From: Eubacteriales bacterium | GTDB lineage: Bacteria; Bacillota; Clostridia; Oscillospirales; CAG-272 | Reading direction: 5' to 3' | DNA length: 64,000 nt | Assembly (NCBI GenBank): GCA_045119135.1 | Contig: JBGVCY010000052.1 | Coordinates: 3,621 to 67,620, forward strand | Part shown: in pieces, positions 10,020 through 19,749 of the stretch | Numbering within the stretch: the first letter of the stretch is position 1 | Layout of the letters: each line of letters starts with the position of its first letter | The notes under the pieces: generated by a model | Databases searched by the model: none | Told to the model about the DNA's origin: nothing | The model's input: the letters and a program-made list of their open reading frames with translations, nothing else | Position numbers and translations under genes: made by a program

Positions 10020-10985
10020 TTGCACGAAAAGCCGAAAATTATAGCCGTTGTGGGTCCGACCGCAGGCGGCAAAAGTGCGTTGGCGCTGACCCTTGCTGAG
10101 CGCCTTGACGGTGAGATTGTTTCCTGCGATTCGATGCAGATCTATCGCGGTATGGACATCGGTACGGCAAAGCCTACCCCCGCCGAGCGCGCCGCTATCC
10201 CCCATCACCTGATCGATATTGCCGAGCCCGAGGAGCCCTTTTCTGCTGTGGATTACGTCGCTGCGGCGGGCGAGGCGGTGACTGATATTCTGTCGCGCGG
10301 CAAGCTGCCCATCCTTTGCGGCGGAACCGGGCTTTATCTGGATGCCTTTTTGCGGGGCGAGAGCGTTGAGACCCCCGGCGCTGACCCTGCCTTACGCGAG
10401 GAGCTTTTGGCATTAGCCACCGAACGGGGTGCGGAATTCCTGCACGCGCAGCTGCGCGAGGTTGATCCCGAAAGCGCCGATGCCATCCATCCGAACAACC
10501 TGCGCCGTGTGATCCGCGCGCTGGAGCTATACCGCACCACGGGGGTAACCAAAACCGAATGGGATCGGCGCTCGCGCGAGGCTCCGTCGCGTTTTCGCGC
10601 TACCGTTCTGGGACTTTCTTATACAAACCGCAATATTCTTTACGACCGCATCGAGCGCCGCGTGGATCAAATGCTTACCGATGGCTTGCTGGAGGAGACC
10701 CGCGCTCTTGCCGCGCGCGGTGTGTTCCACCATTCCCCCACTGCGGCGGCAGCGATCGGCTATAAAGAATTGCTGCCCTATCTGGCAGGCGAATGTACGC
10801 TGGAAGATGCGATCGCCGAGCTGAAAACCGCCACAAGGCGCTATGCCAAGCGCCAGATGACCTGGTTTTTGGCAAAGCCCTACATTCAATGGATTGCGGC
10901 AGACGGCGGCGAATTGCCGCGAAAATATGAAGAAATTGTAAATATGGCGCTTGAATTATGCGGAGGCGCTGATAATATGTTATAA
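10020..10985 (+). CDS. miaA: tRNA dimethylallyltransferase
   Basis: KIIAVVGPTAGGKSALAL P-loop, then SCDSMQIYRGMDIGTAKPT. TTG start at 10020 is preceded by a GAGGTG RBS and is in frame with track ORF 9969..10985. Confidence 0.92.
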   Translation: MHEKPKIIAVVGPTAGGKSALALTLAERLDGEIVSCDSMQIYRGMDIGTAKPTPAERAAIPHHLIDIAEPEEPFSAVDYVAAAGEAVTDILSRGKLPILCGGTGLYLDAFLRGESVETPGADPALREELLALATERGAEFLHAQLREVDPESADAIHPNNLRRVIRALELYRTTGVTKTEWDRRSREAPSRFRATVLGLSYTNRNILYDRIERRVDQMLTDGLLEETRALAARGVFHHSPTAAAAIGYKELLPYLAGECTLEDAIAELKTATRRYAKRQMTWFLAKPYIQWIAADGGELPRKYEEIVNMALELCGGADNML

Positions 10986-11030
10986 TATAAAAACTATATT
11001 TTGCGCCCGCGCGCAGGAAGGGGGAAACGT

Positions 11031-12248
11031 ATGAGAAAAGTGTCGGTTCGGCAAAAACGCCGCAACGCGCTGGACCTGCTGTTTGCCTTTCTGCTGTTGG
11101 CACTGTTGGTTGCCATTCTGCTTGCCGAGATCACGCGCAGTGCCTCGGCGGTATCGCGCGAGCGCGCGATGATGACCTCGTTCACCGTGACCGAGGCATA
11201 CGAAGGCTACCTTTTCCGCGATGAAGAGGTGCTGCTGACCACCAACAACGGCCCCATTGAATATCACGCCTTCGAGGGCGATGCCGTTTCGGCGGGCGAC
11301 ACCGTTGCCAATGTGTATACCGACGGCACGGGCAGAGACAAGCGCGAGCAGGCAGCCGCCATTTATGCCGAGATCGCGGCACTGGAAAAGGCACTTGCCA
11401 CGGGCGACACCGCGTGGCAGACCGCATATCTTTCCTCGTGGAGCGAGGTGATGGGCGCACTTTCCGCAGGGAATTGGCGGGGTGGCGCAGAGAGCGCTTC
11501 TTCCCTTGCCGATGCTCTGATTCACCGAGACACCGCACTAACAGACGACACGGGTCGCGCCGCAATCGAGGCGCGCATTGCCGAGCTGACTGCCGCCGCC
11601 GAGGATCTGGTACGCTATGAGCAGATGCTGCCCGTCCGCGCCGCGACCAGCGGTGTGTTTACCACCACCGTTGACGGTCTGGAATCGATCTTCGGCAAGG
11701 GCACGATCGCAGATCTGACTCCCGAGGGACTGCAACAAAAGCTGACCACCGCTCCCGCAGGCGGCGATGCCATTGGCAAGCTGATCGACACGGGCGAGTG
11801 TTACATTGCCATTCCCCTTTCTGGCAGTGCGGCTGATACCTATACCGTGGGCAACACCTATCGTATCCGCTTTACCCGTTGCGGTGCGGCAATCGATATG
11901 GAGCTTTCCCGCATTTCCTATTCCACTGATGGGGCAGCAGCCCTTCTGATTCTTTACACCGATGCGGCTCCTGCCGCGCTGGATCCCTCTCGCCGACAGA
12001 CCGTCGAAATCGAACGCGAAACCGTGACGGGGCTTGCACTGCCCGCGGCGGCAGTGCAGACCGACGGCACGCGCGAGGTGGTGTATATCGAGGTGGATGG
12101 CAAGGCGGTGGCGCGTGCCATCAAGGTGCTTTACCGTGATGCGGGCGTACTGATCCTTGCGCCCGATGCAGGCGAGGGCTATCTTGCCGAGGGTGACGAG
12201 GCGCTGGTAACCGAGCGCAGTCTATACGAAGGAAGAGTGATCCGATGA
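11031..12248 (+). CDS. Membrane-anchored HlyD-like (barrel-sandwich/coiled-coil) protein, function unknown
   Basis: N-terminal TM (LLFAFLLLALLVAILL), a central coiled-coil-like region, and a C-terminal beta-rich part. ATG at 11031 follows GGGGGAAA. The stop overlaps the yggS start. Confidence 0.6.
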   Translation: MRKVSVRQKRRNALDLLFAFLLLALLVAILLAEITRSASAVSRERAMMTSFTVTEAYEGYLFRDEEVLLTTNNGPIEYHAFEGDAVSAGDTVANVYTDGTGRDKREQAAAIYAEIAALEKALATGDTAWQTAYLSSWSEVMGALSAGNWRGGAESASSLADALIHRDTALTDDTGRAAIEARIAELTAAAEDLVRYEQMLPVRAATSGVFTTTVDGLESIFGKGTIADLTPEGLQQKLTTAPAGGDAIGKLIDTGECYIAIPLSGSAADTYTVGNTYRIRFTRCGAAIDMELSRISYSTDGAAALLILYTDAAPAALDPSRRQTVEIERETVTGLALPAAAVQTDGTREVVYIEVDGKAVARAIKVLYRDAGVLILAPDAGEGYLAEGDEALVTERSLYEGRVIR

Positions 12249-12931
12249 TGGATGAGATCATTTCCCGCAATCTTGCCGCCGTGCGCGGCGAGATCGGAGA
12301 TGCCGAGCGCGCCGTGGGGCGCGAGGGCAAGACCACAATGCTTGTGGCAACCAAATACGCCGACAACGAAACCCTTGCGGCGCTTTTGCGCGCGGGTGTG
12401 CGCGATGTGGGCGAAAACCGTGTACAGCAGCTGCTGGAGCATTACGAGCAATTTGAGCGTGCAGGCGTGCGCGTGCATTTCATTGGCTCGTTGCAGACAA
12501 ACAAAGTCAAATACATTGCCGACAAGGTGGTAATGATCCATTCAATCGATTCGCTTCACCTTGCCGCCGAGGTGGAAAAGCAAGCGGCAAAGCACGATCG
12601 CGTGATCGACGTGCTGGTTGAGATCAACGCCGCGCGCGAGGAATCCAAAACAGGTGTCGCGCCCGAGGAAGCAGAGGCGCTGTGCCGTGCGATCCTCGAA
12701 ATGCCCCATCTGAAGCTTTGCGGCTTTATGACGATGGGCAGTGTAATGGAAAGCGACGAAGCCTACCGTGCATATTTCGCGGGCGTGCGCACAATGGGCG
12801 ATGCCCTGTGGCGCTCCCTTTCGCTTGCGGGCGAGCCTGTTTACTCGATGGGCATGTCGCAAAGCTTTGTTCCCGCGATATGGGCGGGGGCAGATATCGT
12901 TCGCATCGGCAGAAGACTGTTCGCCGAATAA
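12245..12931 (+). CDS. yggS: YggS/YlmE-family PLP-binding protein
   Basis: 228 aa; LVATKYADNETLAALLRAGVRDVGENRVQ and SMGMSQSF...GADIVRIG motifs. Confidence 0.9.
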   Translation: MMDEIISRNLAAVRGEIGDAERAVGREGKTTMLVATKYADNETLAALLRAGVRDVGENRVQQLLEHYEQFERAGVRVHFIGSLQTNKVKYIADKVVMIHSIDSLHLAAEVEKQAAKHDRVIDVLVEINAAREESKTGVAPEEAEALCRAILEMPHLKLCGFMTMGSVMESDEAYRAYFAGVRTMGDALWRSLSLAGEPVYSMGMSQSFVPAIWAGADIVRIGRRLFAE

Positions 12932-12992
12932 CCGTTCAACAAATTTACTTAAATTTTGAAAAATAGGAACCGAAGGAAAGGAAGGTACCAAT

Positions 12993-13433
12993 ATGAAAAA
13001 CCCCTTTAACAAGCGTGCAAGAGGCGAGTATGGCTCTTACGACGACAGCTACGACAACGATTTTTACCGCGGCGACGAGCAGGATGACGACGGCGTGATC
13101 GACGATTACGCATCCGACGATCAGCCCGCCATCCCCGCAAAGAAGCCCGCCGCCAAGGATGGCGGTGCCAATCAGGTGAAGGTGGTAAAGCCCCGCGATT
13201 ACCAGGATGGCCCCATCATTGCCGACTATCTGGTTGACGGCTATACCGTTGTCATGAACATTGAGGCGCTTGAGCGTCCCGCAACGCTCCGCCTGATCGA
13301 TTTCCTGCTGGGCGCGGTACATGTGCTGGGCGGCGAGCTGCGCCGTGTTACCAAAACCACGCTGGTGCTCTCTCCCCGTTCGGGCGAGGTCGTTGGCGAC
13401 GACGAGCTGTCTGACGACGAGTACGACGAATAA
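12993..13433 (+). CDS. sepF: Cell division protein SepF
   Basis: Acidic low-complexity N-terminal half, then VKVVKPRDYQDGPIIADYLVDGYTVVMNIEALE...RLIDFLLGAVHVLGG. Confidence 0.9.
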   Translation: MKNPFNKRARGEYGSYDDSYDNDFYRGDEQDDDGVIDDYASDDQPAIPAKKPAAKDGGANQVKVVKPRDYQDGPIIADYLVDGYTVVMNIEALERPATLRLIDFLLGAVHVLGGELRRVTKTTLVLSPRSGEVVGDDELSDDEYDE

Positions 13434-13469
13434 ATCCCGCGCATTTTGCGCTCTGATCCGGAGGTTTGC

Positions 13470-13751
13470 ATGAATCTGTTTATGGCGCTGTTTACAGGAA
13501 CCGTGCGCGCACTTCTTTTCTTCGTAGAGATCTGCTTTTTGATTCGTGCAGTGCTTTCCTGGTTCCCCATTCGCGAGGATCATCCGATCCTGTTGTTTGT
13601 GGCAATGATCACCGAGCCGATCGTCGCGCCCGTCCGCGCGCTGCTTGATCGGCTGGGGTGGTTCCGCAATCTGCCCATCGATATGTCGTTTTTCGTTGCC
13701 TATCTTCTGCTGATCCTTGTCGAGTCCTTACTTGGCATCTTTTTGTGGTGA
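13470..13751 (+). CDS. yggT: YggT/YlmG-family membrane protein
   Basis: MNLFMALF...ICFLIRAVLSWFP...PIVAPVRALL, typical of YggT. The internal ATG at 13470 of track ORF 13446..13751 is used. Confidence 0.85.
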   Translation: MNLFMALFTGTVRALLFFVEICFLIRAVLSWFPIREDHPILLFVAMITEPIVAPVRALLDRLGWFRNLPIDMSFFVAYLLLILVESLLGIFLW

Positions 13752-13753
13752 GC

Positions 13754-14536
13754 ATGAGAGAGGAAAACGATGCCCTCTTCGCGCGTGCAGACGAGTTGTG
13801 CGCACGCGCGGCAAAGGGCGAGATCACACATACGCAGTTTCTGACTCCGCGCGAAGCCAAGCTACTTGGCGCGCGCTTTGCATCCCACCGCGAAGCAACG
13901 CTCTTGGCGGGCGGCTATCCCACTGCCGAGCGTCGGCGCCTGTACTTCCTTCCCCCGTATCTGGAAGGGCTTGAGGAGCCACTGCGCACCGAGTGCCTGT
14001 CGGACACTCTTGCCGAAACGCTTTGTGCCGTCAGAATATCGGGCAGCGGCTACCGCGAGCTGTCGCACCGCGATTTTCTTGGCGCTGTGCTGAACCTCGG
14101 CATCGAGCGCGATCGCATCGGCGACATCTGTGTCACCGACCCCCACACGGCAATTCTCTTTTGCGATCGACTGATGGCGGATTTCCTGACGGAATCGCTC
14201 TCGCGCGTGGCAAACGATGCCGTGCGCGTGGCGCATATTCTGCCGCCTGCCGATTTTGACGGCGGCAAGCGCTATGAGGCAGTCAGCGATACCGTGGCAT
14301 CCCCCCGCGCCGATGCGGTGGTGGCGGCGTTGCTGAATCTCTCGCGCGAGCGCGCGCAAGCCCTCTTTCGTGAGGGGCGTGTTGAGATCGATTACGAAAC
14401 CGAGGAGCGCGTTGACAAAGCCCTTGCCGAGGGCGCGATCATCAGTATTCGCGGATACGGCAAATTCACCCTTCGTTCGCTTTCGGACAAGACCCGCAAG
14501 GGGCGCTATCGCCTGCTTGCCGACCGTCACGTCTGA
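13754..14536 (+). CDS. ylmH: YlmH-like S4-domain RNA-binding protein
   Basis: MREENDALFARADELCARAAKGEITHTQFLTPRE..., with a C-terminal S4-like segment RADAVVAALLNLSRERAQALFREGRVEIDY. Position after yggT matches the ylm cluster. Confidence 0.8.
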   Translation: MREENDALFARADELCARAAKGEITHTQFLTPREAKLLGARFASHREATLLAGGYPTAERRRLYFLPPYLEGLEEPLRTECLSDTLAETLCAVRISGSGYRELSHRDFLGAVLNLGIERDRIGDICVTDPHTAILFCDRLMADFLTESLSRVANDAVRVAHILPPADFDGGKRYEAVSDTVASPRADAVVAALLNLSRERAQALFREGRVEIDYETEERVDKALAEGAIISIRGYGKFTLRSLSDKTRKGRYRLLADRHV

Positions 14537-14584
14537 TCGATATATTGTCTAGATTTTTATTTTTATAGGAGCTTTAGAAAAACC

Positions 14585-17380
14585 ATGGCGAAAGATTACA
14601 GTGCATCTCTCAATCTACCGAACACCTCGTTTGCGATGCGTGCCGAGCTGCCAAAGCGCGAGCCCTTGATGCTTGACTATTGGCAAAGCATCGGTCTTTA
14701 CGACCGTATGCAGGAGCGCGGCGCAGGCAAGCCCACCTTTGTTCTGCACGACGGCCCTCCCTTCTCGAACGGCAACATTCATATGGGCACGGCGCTGAAC
14801 AAGATCCTGAAGGATTTTATCAACAAGTCGCGCACGATGATGGGCTATCGCGTACCCTTTATCCCCGGCTGGGATAACCACGGCATGCCGATCGAGAGCG
14901 CCATTATCAAGAAGAACAAGATCGACCGCAAGAAGCTGTCGACCCCCGAATTCCGCAACGCCTGCAGTGCCTTTGCAAAGGACTTTGTAAATATTCAGAT
15001 GGGGCAGTTCAAGCGTCTTGGCGTAACCGCGGATTGGGAGCATCCTTATCTGACGATGTCCCCCGACTTTGAGGCGCGTGAGGTACGCGTGTTTGGCGAA
15101 ATGTACCGCAAGGGCTACATCTACAAGGGTCTGAAGCCCGTGTATTGGTGCCCGAAGGACGAGACGGCACTTGCCGAGGCTGAGATCGAATACCAGACCG
15201 ACGAATGCACCTCGATCTACGTCAAGTTCCGCATGAAGAACGATCAGGGCAAGCTGGCATCGGTTTGCGATCTTGACAAGACCTATGTCATCATCTGGAC
15301 CACCACCACCTGGACCCTGCCCGGCAACCTTGCCATTGCCCTTAATCCCGTTGAGGATTACGTTGTGGTAAAGGCAGGCGACGAATACTACATCGTAGCA
15401 AGCGCGCTTGCCGAAAAGACCATGCAGGCAGGCGGCGTTACCGACTATACCGTAGTTGCCACCATGAAGGGCAGCGAGTTTGAGTATATGACCGCCGCAC
15501 ATCCCTTCCTTGACCGCGAATCGGTGCTGGTAAACGCCGATTACGTTACCATGGAAAGCGGTACGGGCTGCGTGCATACCGCGCCCGGCTTCGGTGCCGA
15601 CGACTATCAGACCTGCCGCCGTTATAACATTGAAATTATCGTTCCCGTTGACGACCGCGGCTATCAGACCAAGGATGCGGGCAAGTTTGCGGGTATGTAT
15701 TACGCCGAATCCAACGAAGCAATCCTTGCCGATATGAAGGAAAGCGGTGCGCTGTTCGCCTCTGAGCAGATCTCGCACGAGTATCCGCACTGCTGGCGCT
15801 GCAAGCATCCCATTATCTTCCGTGCCACCCCCCAGTGGTTCTGCTCGGTCGATGCCTTCAAGGAAGAGGCCGCCAAGGCGTGCGAGAGCGTACAGTGGCT
15901 GCCCGAGTGGGGCGGCGAGCGCATCAAATCGATGGTGCGCGAGCGTGCTGACTGGTGCATTTCCCGTCAGCGCCTTTGGGGTCTGCCCATCCCCGTATTT
16001 TATTGCGAGGACTGCGGCAAGCCGATCTGTAACGAGGAAACCATCAACGCTGTTTCGGTGCTGTTTGGCAAAGAGGGCTCGAACGCCTGGTATCTGACCG
16101 ATACCGCCGATATTCTGCCCGCAGGCTTTGCTTGCCCGCATTGCGGCGGCAAGCGCTTTACCAAGGAGACCAACACGCTTGACTGCTGGTTTGACTCGGG
16201 CTCCAGCCACTTCTCGGTGCTGGAATCGCGCGAGGGACATCACTTCCCCGCTGACGTGTACCTGGAAGGTGCCGACCAGTACCGCGGCTGGTTCCAATCC
16301 TCGCTGCTGACGGCTGTCGGCGCGAAGGGAGAGGGCGCGCCCTTCAAGACCGTTCTCACCCACGGCTGGGTGGTTGACGGCGAGGGCAAGGCAATGCACA
16401 AGTCGCTCGGCAACTCCGTCGCCCCCGAGGAAATGATCGTGAAGTACGGCGCAGACCTTGTCCGTCTGTGGGTCGCCTCCAGCGACTATCACGTGGACGT
16501 GCGCGCGTCGGATGCCATCTTCAAGCAGCTGTCGGATGCCTACCGCAAGATCCGTAACACCGCACGCTTCCTGCTTGCCGACCTTTACGATTTCGATCCC
16601 GACAAGGATGCACTGCCGATCGACGAGCTGACCGAGATCGACCGCTATATCATCTCCCGTATGAACGAGGTGGTTGCCAACGCACGCCGCGCATACGATA
16701 ACTACGAATTCCACATCATCTATCACGATATCAACAACTTCTGCACCATTGATCTGTCGAAGCTGTATATCGATATCACCAAGGACCGCGTGTATGCAGA
16801 GGGCGCCGACTCGCGCGAGCGCCGCTCGGCACAGACCGCGATGTATCATATCATCAGCACCATGACCCGCCTGATCGCACCCCTGATGGCGTTCACCGCC
16901 GAGGAGATCTGGCAGGCAATGCCCCGCCGTGCGGGCGACGTGAAGGAGAGCGTATTCCTGAATGATATGCCTGCCTTCGACGAAAGCCTTACCGTGCCCG
17001 AGATCAGCGCACGCTGGACCAAGCTCCTCGAGCTGCGCGAGCCTGTGATGAAGGCACTGGAGCTTGCCCGTGCCGAAAAGCGCATCGGTAAGTCGCTGGA
17101 TGCCAAGGTCACGGTTTATGCGCCGAACGCCGCCGAGTACGATTTCCTCAAGTCGTTTGAGAGCGAGCTCCCCACCGTATTTATCGTATCGCAGGTAGAG
17201 CTTGTGAATGCTGCCGCACCCGCAGGCACCGCGATCGAAGAGGGCGCACCCATCGGTGTGGTGGTTGCCGCCGCCGAAGGCGAGAAGTGCGACCGTTGCT
17301 GGAACTTTACGCTTGCCGCACATCACGATGACGAGGGCGGTTGCCTTTGCCCCCGTTGCAAGCGCGTGCTGGGACTGTAA
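14585..17380 (+). CDS. ileS: Isoleucine--tRNA ligase
   Basis: 931 aa; HDGPPFSNGNIHMGTALNK (HIGH), KMHKSLGN (KMSKS), and a C-terminal Cys4 zinc cluster CDRCW...CPRC. Confidence 0.98.
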   Translation: MAKDYSASLNLPNTSFAMRAELPKREPLMLDYWQSIGLYDRMQERGAGKPTFVLHDGPPFSNGNIHMGTALNKILKDFINKSRTMMGYRVPFIPGWDNHGMPIESAIIKKNKIDRKKLSTPEFRNACSAFAKDFVNIQMGQFKRLGVTADWEHPYLTMSPDFEAREVRVFGEMYRKGYIYKGLKPVYWCPKDETALAEAEIEYQTDECTSIYVKFRMKNDQGKLASVCDLDKTYVIIWTTTTWTLPGNLAIALNPVEDYVVVKAGDEYYIVASALAEKTMQAGGVTDYTVVATMKGSEFEYMTAAHPFLDRESVLVNADYVTMESGTGCVHTAPGFGADDYQTCRRYNIEIIVPVDDRGYQTKDAGKFAGMYYAESNEAILADMKESGALFASEQISHEYPHCWRCKHPIIFRATPQWFCSVDAFKEEAAKACESVQWLPEWGGERIKSMVRERADWCISRQRLWGLPIPVFYCEDCGKPICNEETINAVSVLFGKEGSNAWYLTDTADILPAGFACPHCGGKRFTKETNTLDCWFDSGSSHFSVLESREGHHFPADVYLEGADQYRGWFQSSLLTAVGAKGEGAPFKTVLTHGWVVDGEGKAMHKSLGNSVAPEEMIVKYGADLVRLWVASSDYHVDVRASDAIFKQLSDAYRKIRNTARFLLADLYDFDPDKDALPIDELTEIDRYIISRMNEVVANARRAYDNYEFHIIYHDINNFCTIDLSKLYIDITKDRVYAEGADSRERRSAQTAMYHIISTMTRLIAPLMAFTAEEIWQAMPRRAGDVKESVFLNDMPAFDESLTVPEISARWTKLLELREPVMKALELARAEKRIGKSLDAKVTVYAPNAAEYDFLKSFESELPTVFIVSQVELVNAAAPAGTAIEEGAPIGVVVAAAEGEKCDRCWNFTLAAHHDDEGGCLCPRCKRVLGL

Positions 17381-17448
17381 TCAAAAACAGCCGCAACGCC
17401 ACATGGCGTTGCGGCGAGCGCGCGAAATTCTTTTGAAAGGAGACCCTT

Positions 17449-17955
17449 ATGTGGTGGATTCTTCCCGTATGCGTGGTAGCGGGCACCGTTCTGCTTGACC
17501 AAGTGACGAAGGCGCTGGTGCTGAATCTGATGTACGAGGGGCAAATCGTGCTGATCCCCCACGTGCTGAACTTCACCTATGTGGAAAACCGCGGTATGGC
17601 ATTCGGGCTTCTTTCCGAGCACCGCTGGGTCTTTCTGGTGCTGTCGACCGTCGGCATTGCGCTGATGGCGCTTTACCTGTGGTATTATGCTAAAACCACC
17701 CTTTCGCGCGTGGGACTCTCGCTTGTGATCGCGGGCGGCATCGGCAATATGATCGACCGTTTGGCGCTTGGCTTTGTGGTCGATTTCATCGATTTTTGCG
17801 CCTTCGATTTCTGGGTGTGGGTCTTTAACGTGGCGGATGCCGCCGTTTGCGTGGGAGCCGCAATTTTTGTGCTGGATCTTGTGCTGGAGCTTGTGCGCGA
17901 GGTGCGCGCCAAGAACGGCAAGGGAAAGGATGCGGGCGATGGCAGGAACACTTAA
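17449..17955 (+). CDS. lspA: Lipoprotein signal peptidase II
   Basis: 168 aa; FTYVENRGMAFG, GGIGNMIDRL and FNVADA motifs. Confidence 0.93.
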   Translation: MWWILPVCVVAGTVLLDQVTKALVLNLMYEGQIVLIPHVLNFTYVENRGMAFGLLSEHRWVFLVLSTVGIALMALYLWYYAKTTLSRVGLSLVIAGGIGNMIDRLALGFVVDFIDFCAFDFWVWVFNVADAAVCVGAAIFVLDLVLELVREVRAKNGKGKDAGDGRNT

Positions 17956-18889
17956 GACCACTGTCACGGCAGATGCCGTCGGTGTGCGGCTTGACCGCTA
18001 TCTTTCCGAGCAATTCGATATCACCCGATCCGCCGCCGAGCGCTTGCTTGACGAGGGCGCGATCTGCGTTTCGGGCGGCACCGCCGCCAAAAATTACCGC
18101 CTGCGCGGCGGCGAGGAGATCACGCTGACCCTACCCGATCCCGCCCCCGCCGAGGCACAACCCGAAAGCATTCCCCTTGACATTGTCTTTGAGGACGATG
18201 ACATTGTGGTGATCAATAAGCCCGTCGGTATGGTGGTGCACCCCGCTGCGGGAAATCCTACGGGCACGCTTGTGAATGCCCTGCTTTATCACTGCCGTGG
18301 CTCGCTTTCGGGCATCGGCGGCGTTGAGCGCCCCGGCATTGTGCACCGCATCGACAAGGATACCTCGGGGCTTTTGGTGGTCGCCAAAAACGACCGTGCT
18401 CACGTGGGACTTGCCGAGCAATTGAAAACACATACCGTCAGCCGCGTTTACCGCGCCATTGTGCTGGGCAACATCAAAGAGGATACGGGAACGGTCAATA
18501 AGCCGATTGCCCGTCACCCCGTTGACCGCAAGCGCATGGCTGTTGCGCGACGCGCCGAGGATGGGCGCGAGGCGATCACGCACTTTACGGTGCTGGAGCG
18601 CTTTGGCGCCTTTACCCTTGTTGAGTGTCGCCTGGAAACCGGCCGCACGCATCAGATCCGCGTGCATATGGCGTCGCTTGGACATCCGCTGCTCGGCGAT
18701 CCCGTTTATGGCGGAGACGGTACGAAATTTGAGGCGCGTCACCGCGCGCTTATCCACGGGCAGTGCCTGCATGCAGGCGAGCTGTCGCTGATACACCCCA
18801 TAACGGGTGAGAACATGACGTTTCAGGCAGACCTGCCCGCCGATTTCGCGGCACTGCTGGATATACTCAGAAAGGAAACTACGCTATGA
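17939..18889 (+). CDS. rluD: 23S rRNA pseudouridine synthase, RluD/RluA family
   Basis: S4 N-terminus (VRLDRYLSE...), HRIDKDTSGLLVVAK catalytic motif, and TGRTHQIRVH. ATG at 17939 overlaps the lspA end. Confidence 0.92.
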   Translation: MAGTLKTTVTADAVGVRLDRYLSEQFDITRSAAERLLDEGAICVSGGTAAKNYRLRGGEEITLTLPDPAPAEAQPESIPLDIVFEDDDIVVINKPVGMVVHPAAGNPTGTLVNALLYHCRGSLSGIGGVERPGIVHRIDKDTSGLLVVAKNDRAHVGLAEQLKTHTVSRVYRAIVLGNIKEDTGTVNKPIARHPVDRKRMAVARRAEDGREAITHFTVLERFGAFTLVECRLETGRTHQIRVHMASLGHPLLGDPVYGGDGTKFEARHRALIHGQCLHAGELSLIHPITGENMTFQADLPADFAALLDILRKETTL

Positions 18890-19749
18890 CCGATTTTTCC
18901 AAGTACATTATTGCAACCGACCTTGACGGCACCTTCTTCGACGACCATTCGCAGTTCGTGCCCCGCAACGTAGAGGCGATCAAGCGCTTCTGTGCAGGCG
19001 GCGGTCTTTTCACACTGGCAACGGGTCGCGTGCAACTGAATATGTACACCCGTTATGGGGCGTTTGCCGAGGTGCTGTCTGCGCCTGCCGTGATGTCCAA
19101 CGGTGCGTATCTCTATAATTTCACCACCGATGAGGAGTATCTGCCCGAATTTATCCCCGAGGATATTGCAGACGAGCTGCTTAACGTTGCCCATACAAAA
19201 TTCCCCGACGTGGATTTCCGTGTGCACGTACCGCAGGGGCTTCGCATTGAGCGCGATGACCGCACGGTTGGCAGAGATGCCCGCAACTATAAGCCCGGCA
19301 GCGTGATCGTTGCCCCCTCTACCGAGTGGCCGCACGACAACTGGTATAAGATCGTGTTCCGCGCCATCGCCAAGCCGACGGATCCCATTGAGGAGATCAA
19401 CGCTGCGCTCGATCGCCTCAAAGAAGTGCGTGCCGCGATCAACGCACAGTTCGGTGACCGCATCGAAATGGCAACCTCTGACCCCGCGATTCTTGAAATT
19501 CAGGCAAAGGGCGTCACCAAGGCGCACGGCATTGATAAGCTGCGCAAATTCCTTGGCAACGACCGCCGTCTTGTAATCACCTGCGGCGACTATGAGAACG
19601 ATATCCCAATGCACCGCGCCGCCGATATTGCCATTGCCCCCGGCAACGCACTGCCCGAGGTCAAGGCGATCTGCAAGCACACCGTGTGCCATTGCAACCA
19701 GGGTGTGATCGCTGATACCATCGAGCTGATTGAACGAGGAGAGATATGA
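18886..19749 (+). CDS. Cof-type HAD-IIB hydrolase
   Basis: IATDLDGTFF motif I, C-terminal CGDYENDIPM motif. ATGA overlap with rluD. Confidence 0.85.
   Translation: MTDFSKYIIATDLDGTFFDDHSQFVPRNVEAIKRFCAGGGLFTLATGRVQLNMYTRYGAFAEVLSAPAVMSNGAYLYNFTTDEEYLPEFIPEDIADELLNVAHTKFPDVDFRVHVPQGLRIERDDRTVGRDARNYKPGSVIVAPSTEWPHDNWYKIVFRAIAKPTDPIEEINAALDRLKEVRAAINAQFGDRIEMATSDPAILEIQAKGVTKAHGIDKLRKFLGNDRRLVITCGDYENDIPMHRAADIAIAPGNALPEVKAICKHTVCHCNQGVIADTIELIERGEI

Noticed and set aside
14537-14584. T-box leader upstream of ileS
   Set aside because: The intergenic region is only 48 nt, far too short for a T-box.
14615-17326. 903-aa ORF antisense to ileS
   Set aside because: It is fully contained within, and opposite to, an unmistakable ileS gene. 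Its composition is Gly/Ala/Arg/His-rich and low in complexity, typical of shadow ORFs in GC-rich DNA. It has no RBS and no recognisable motifs.
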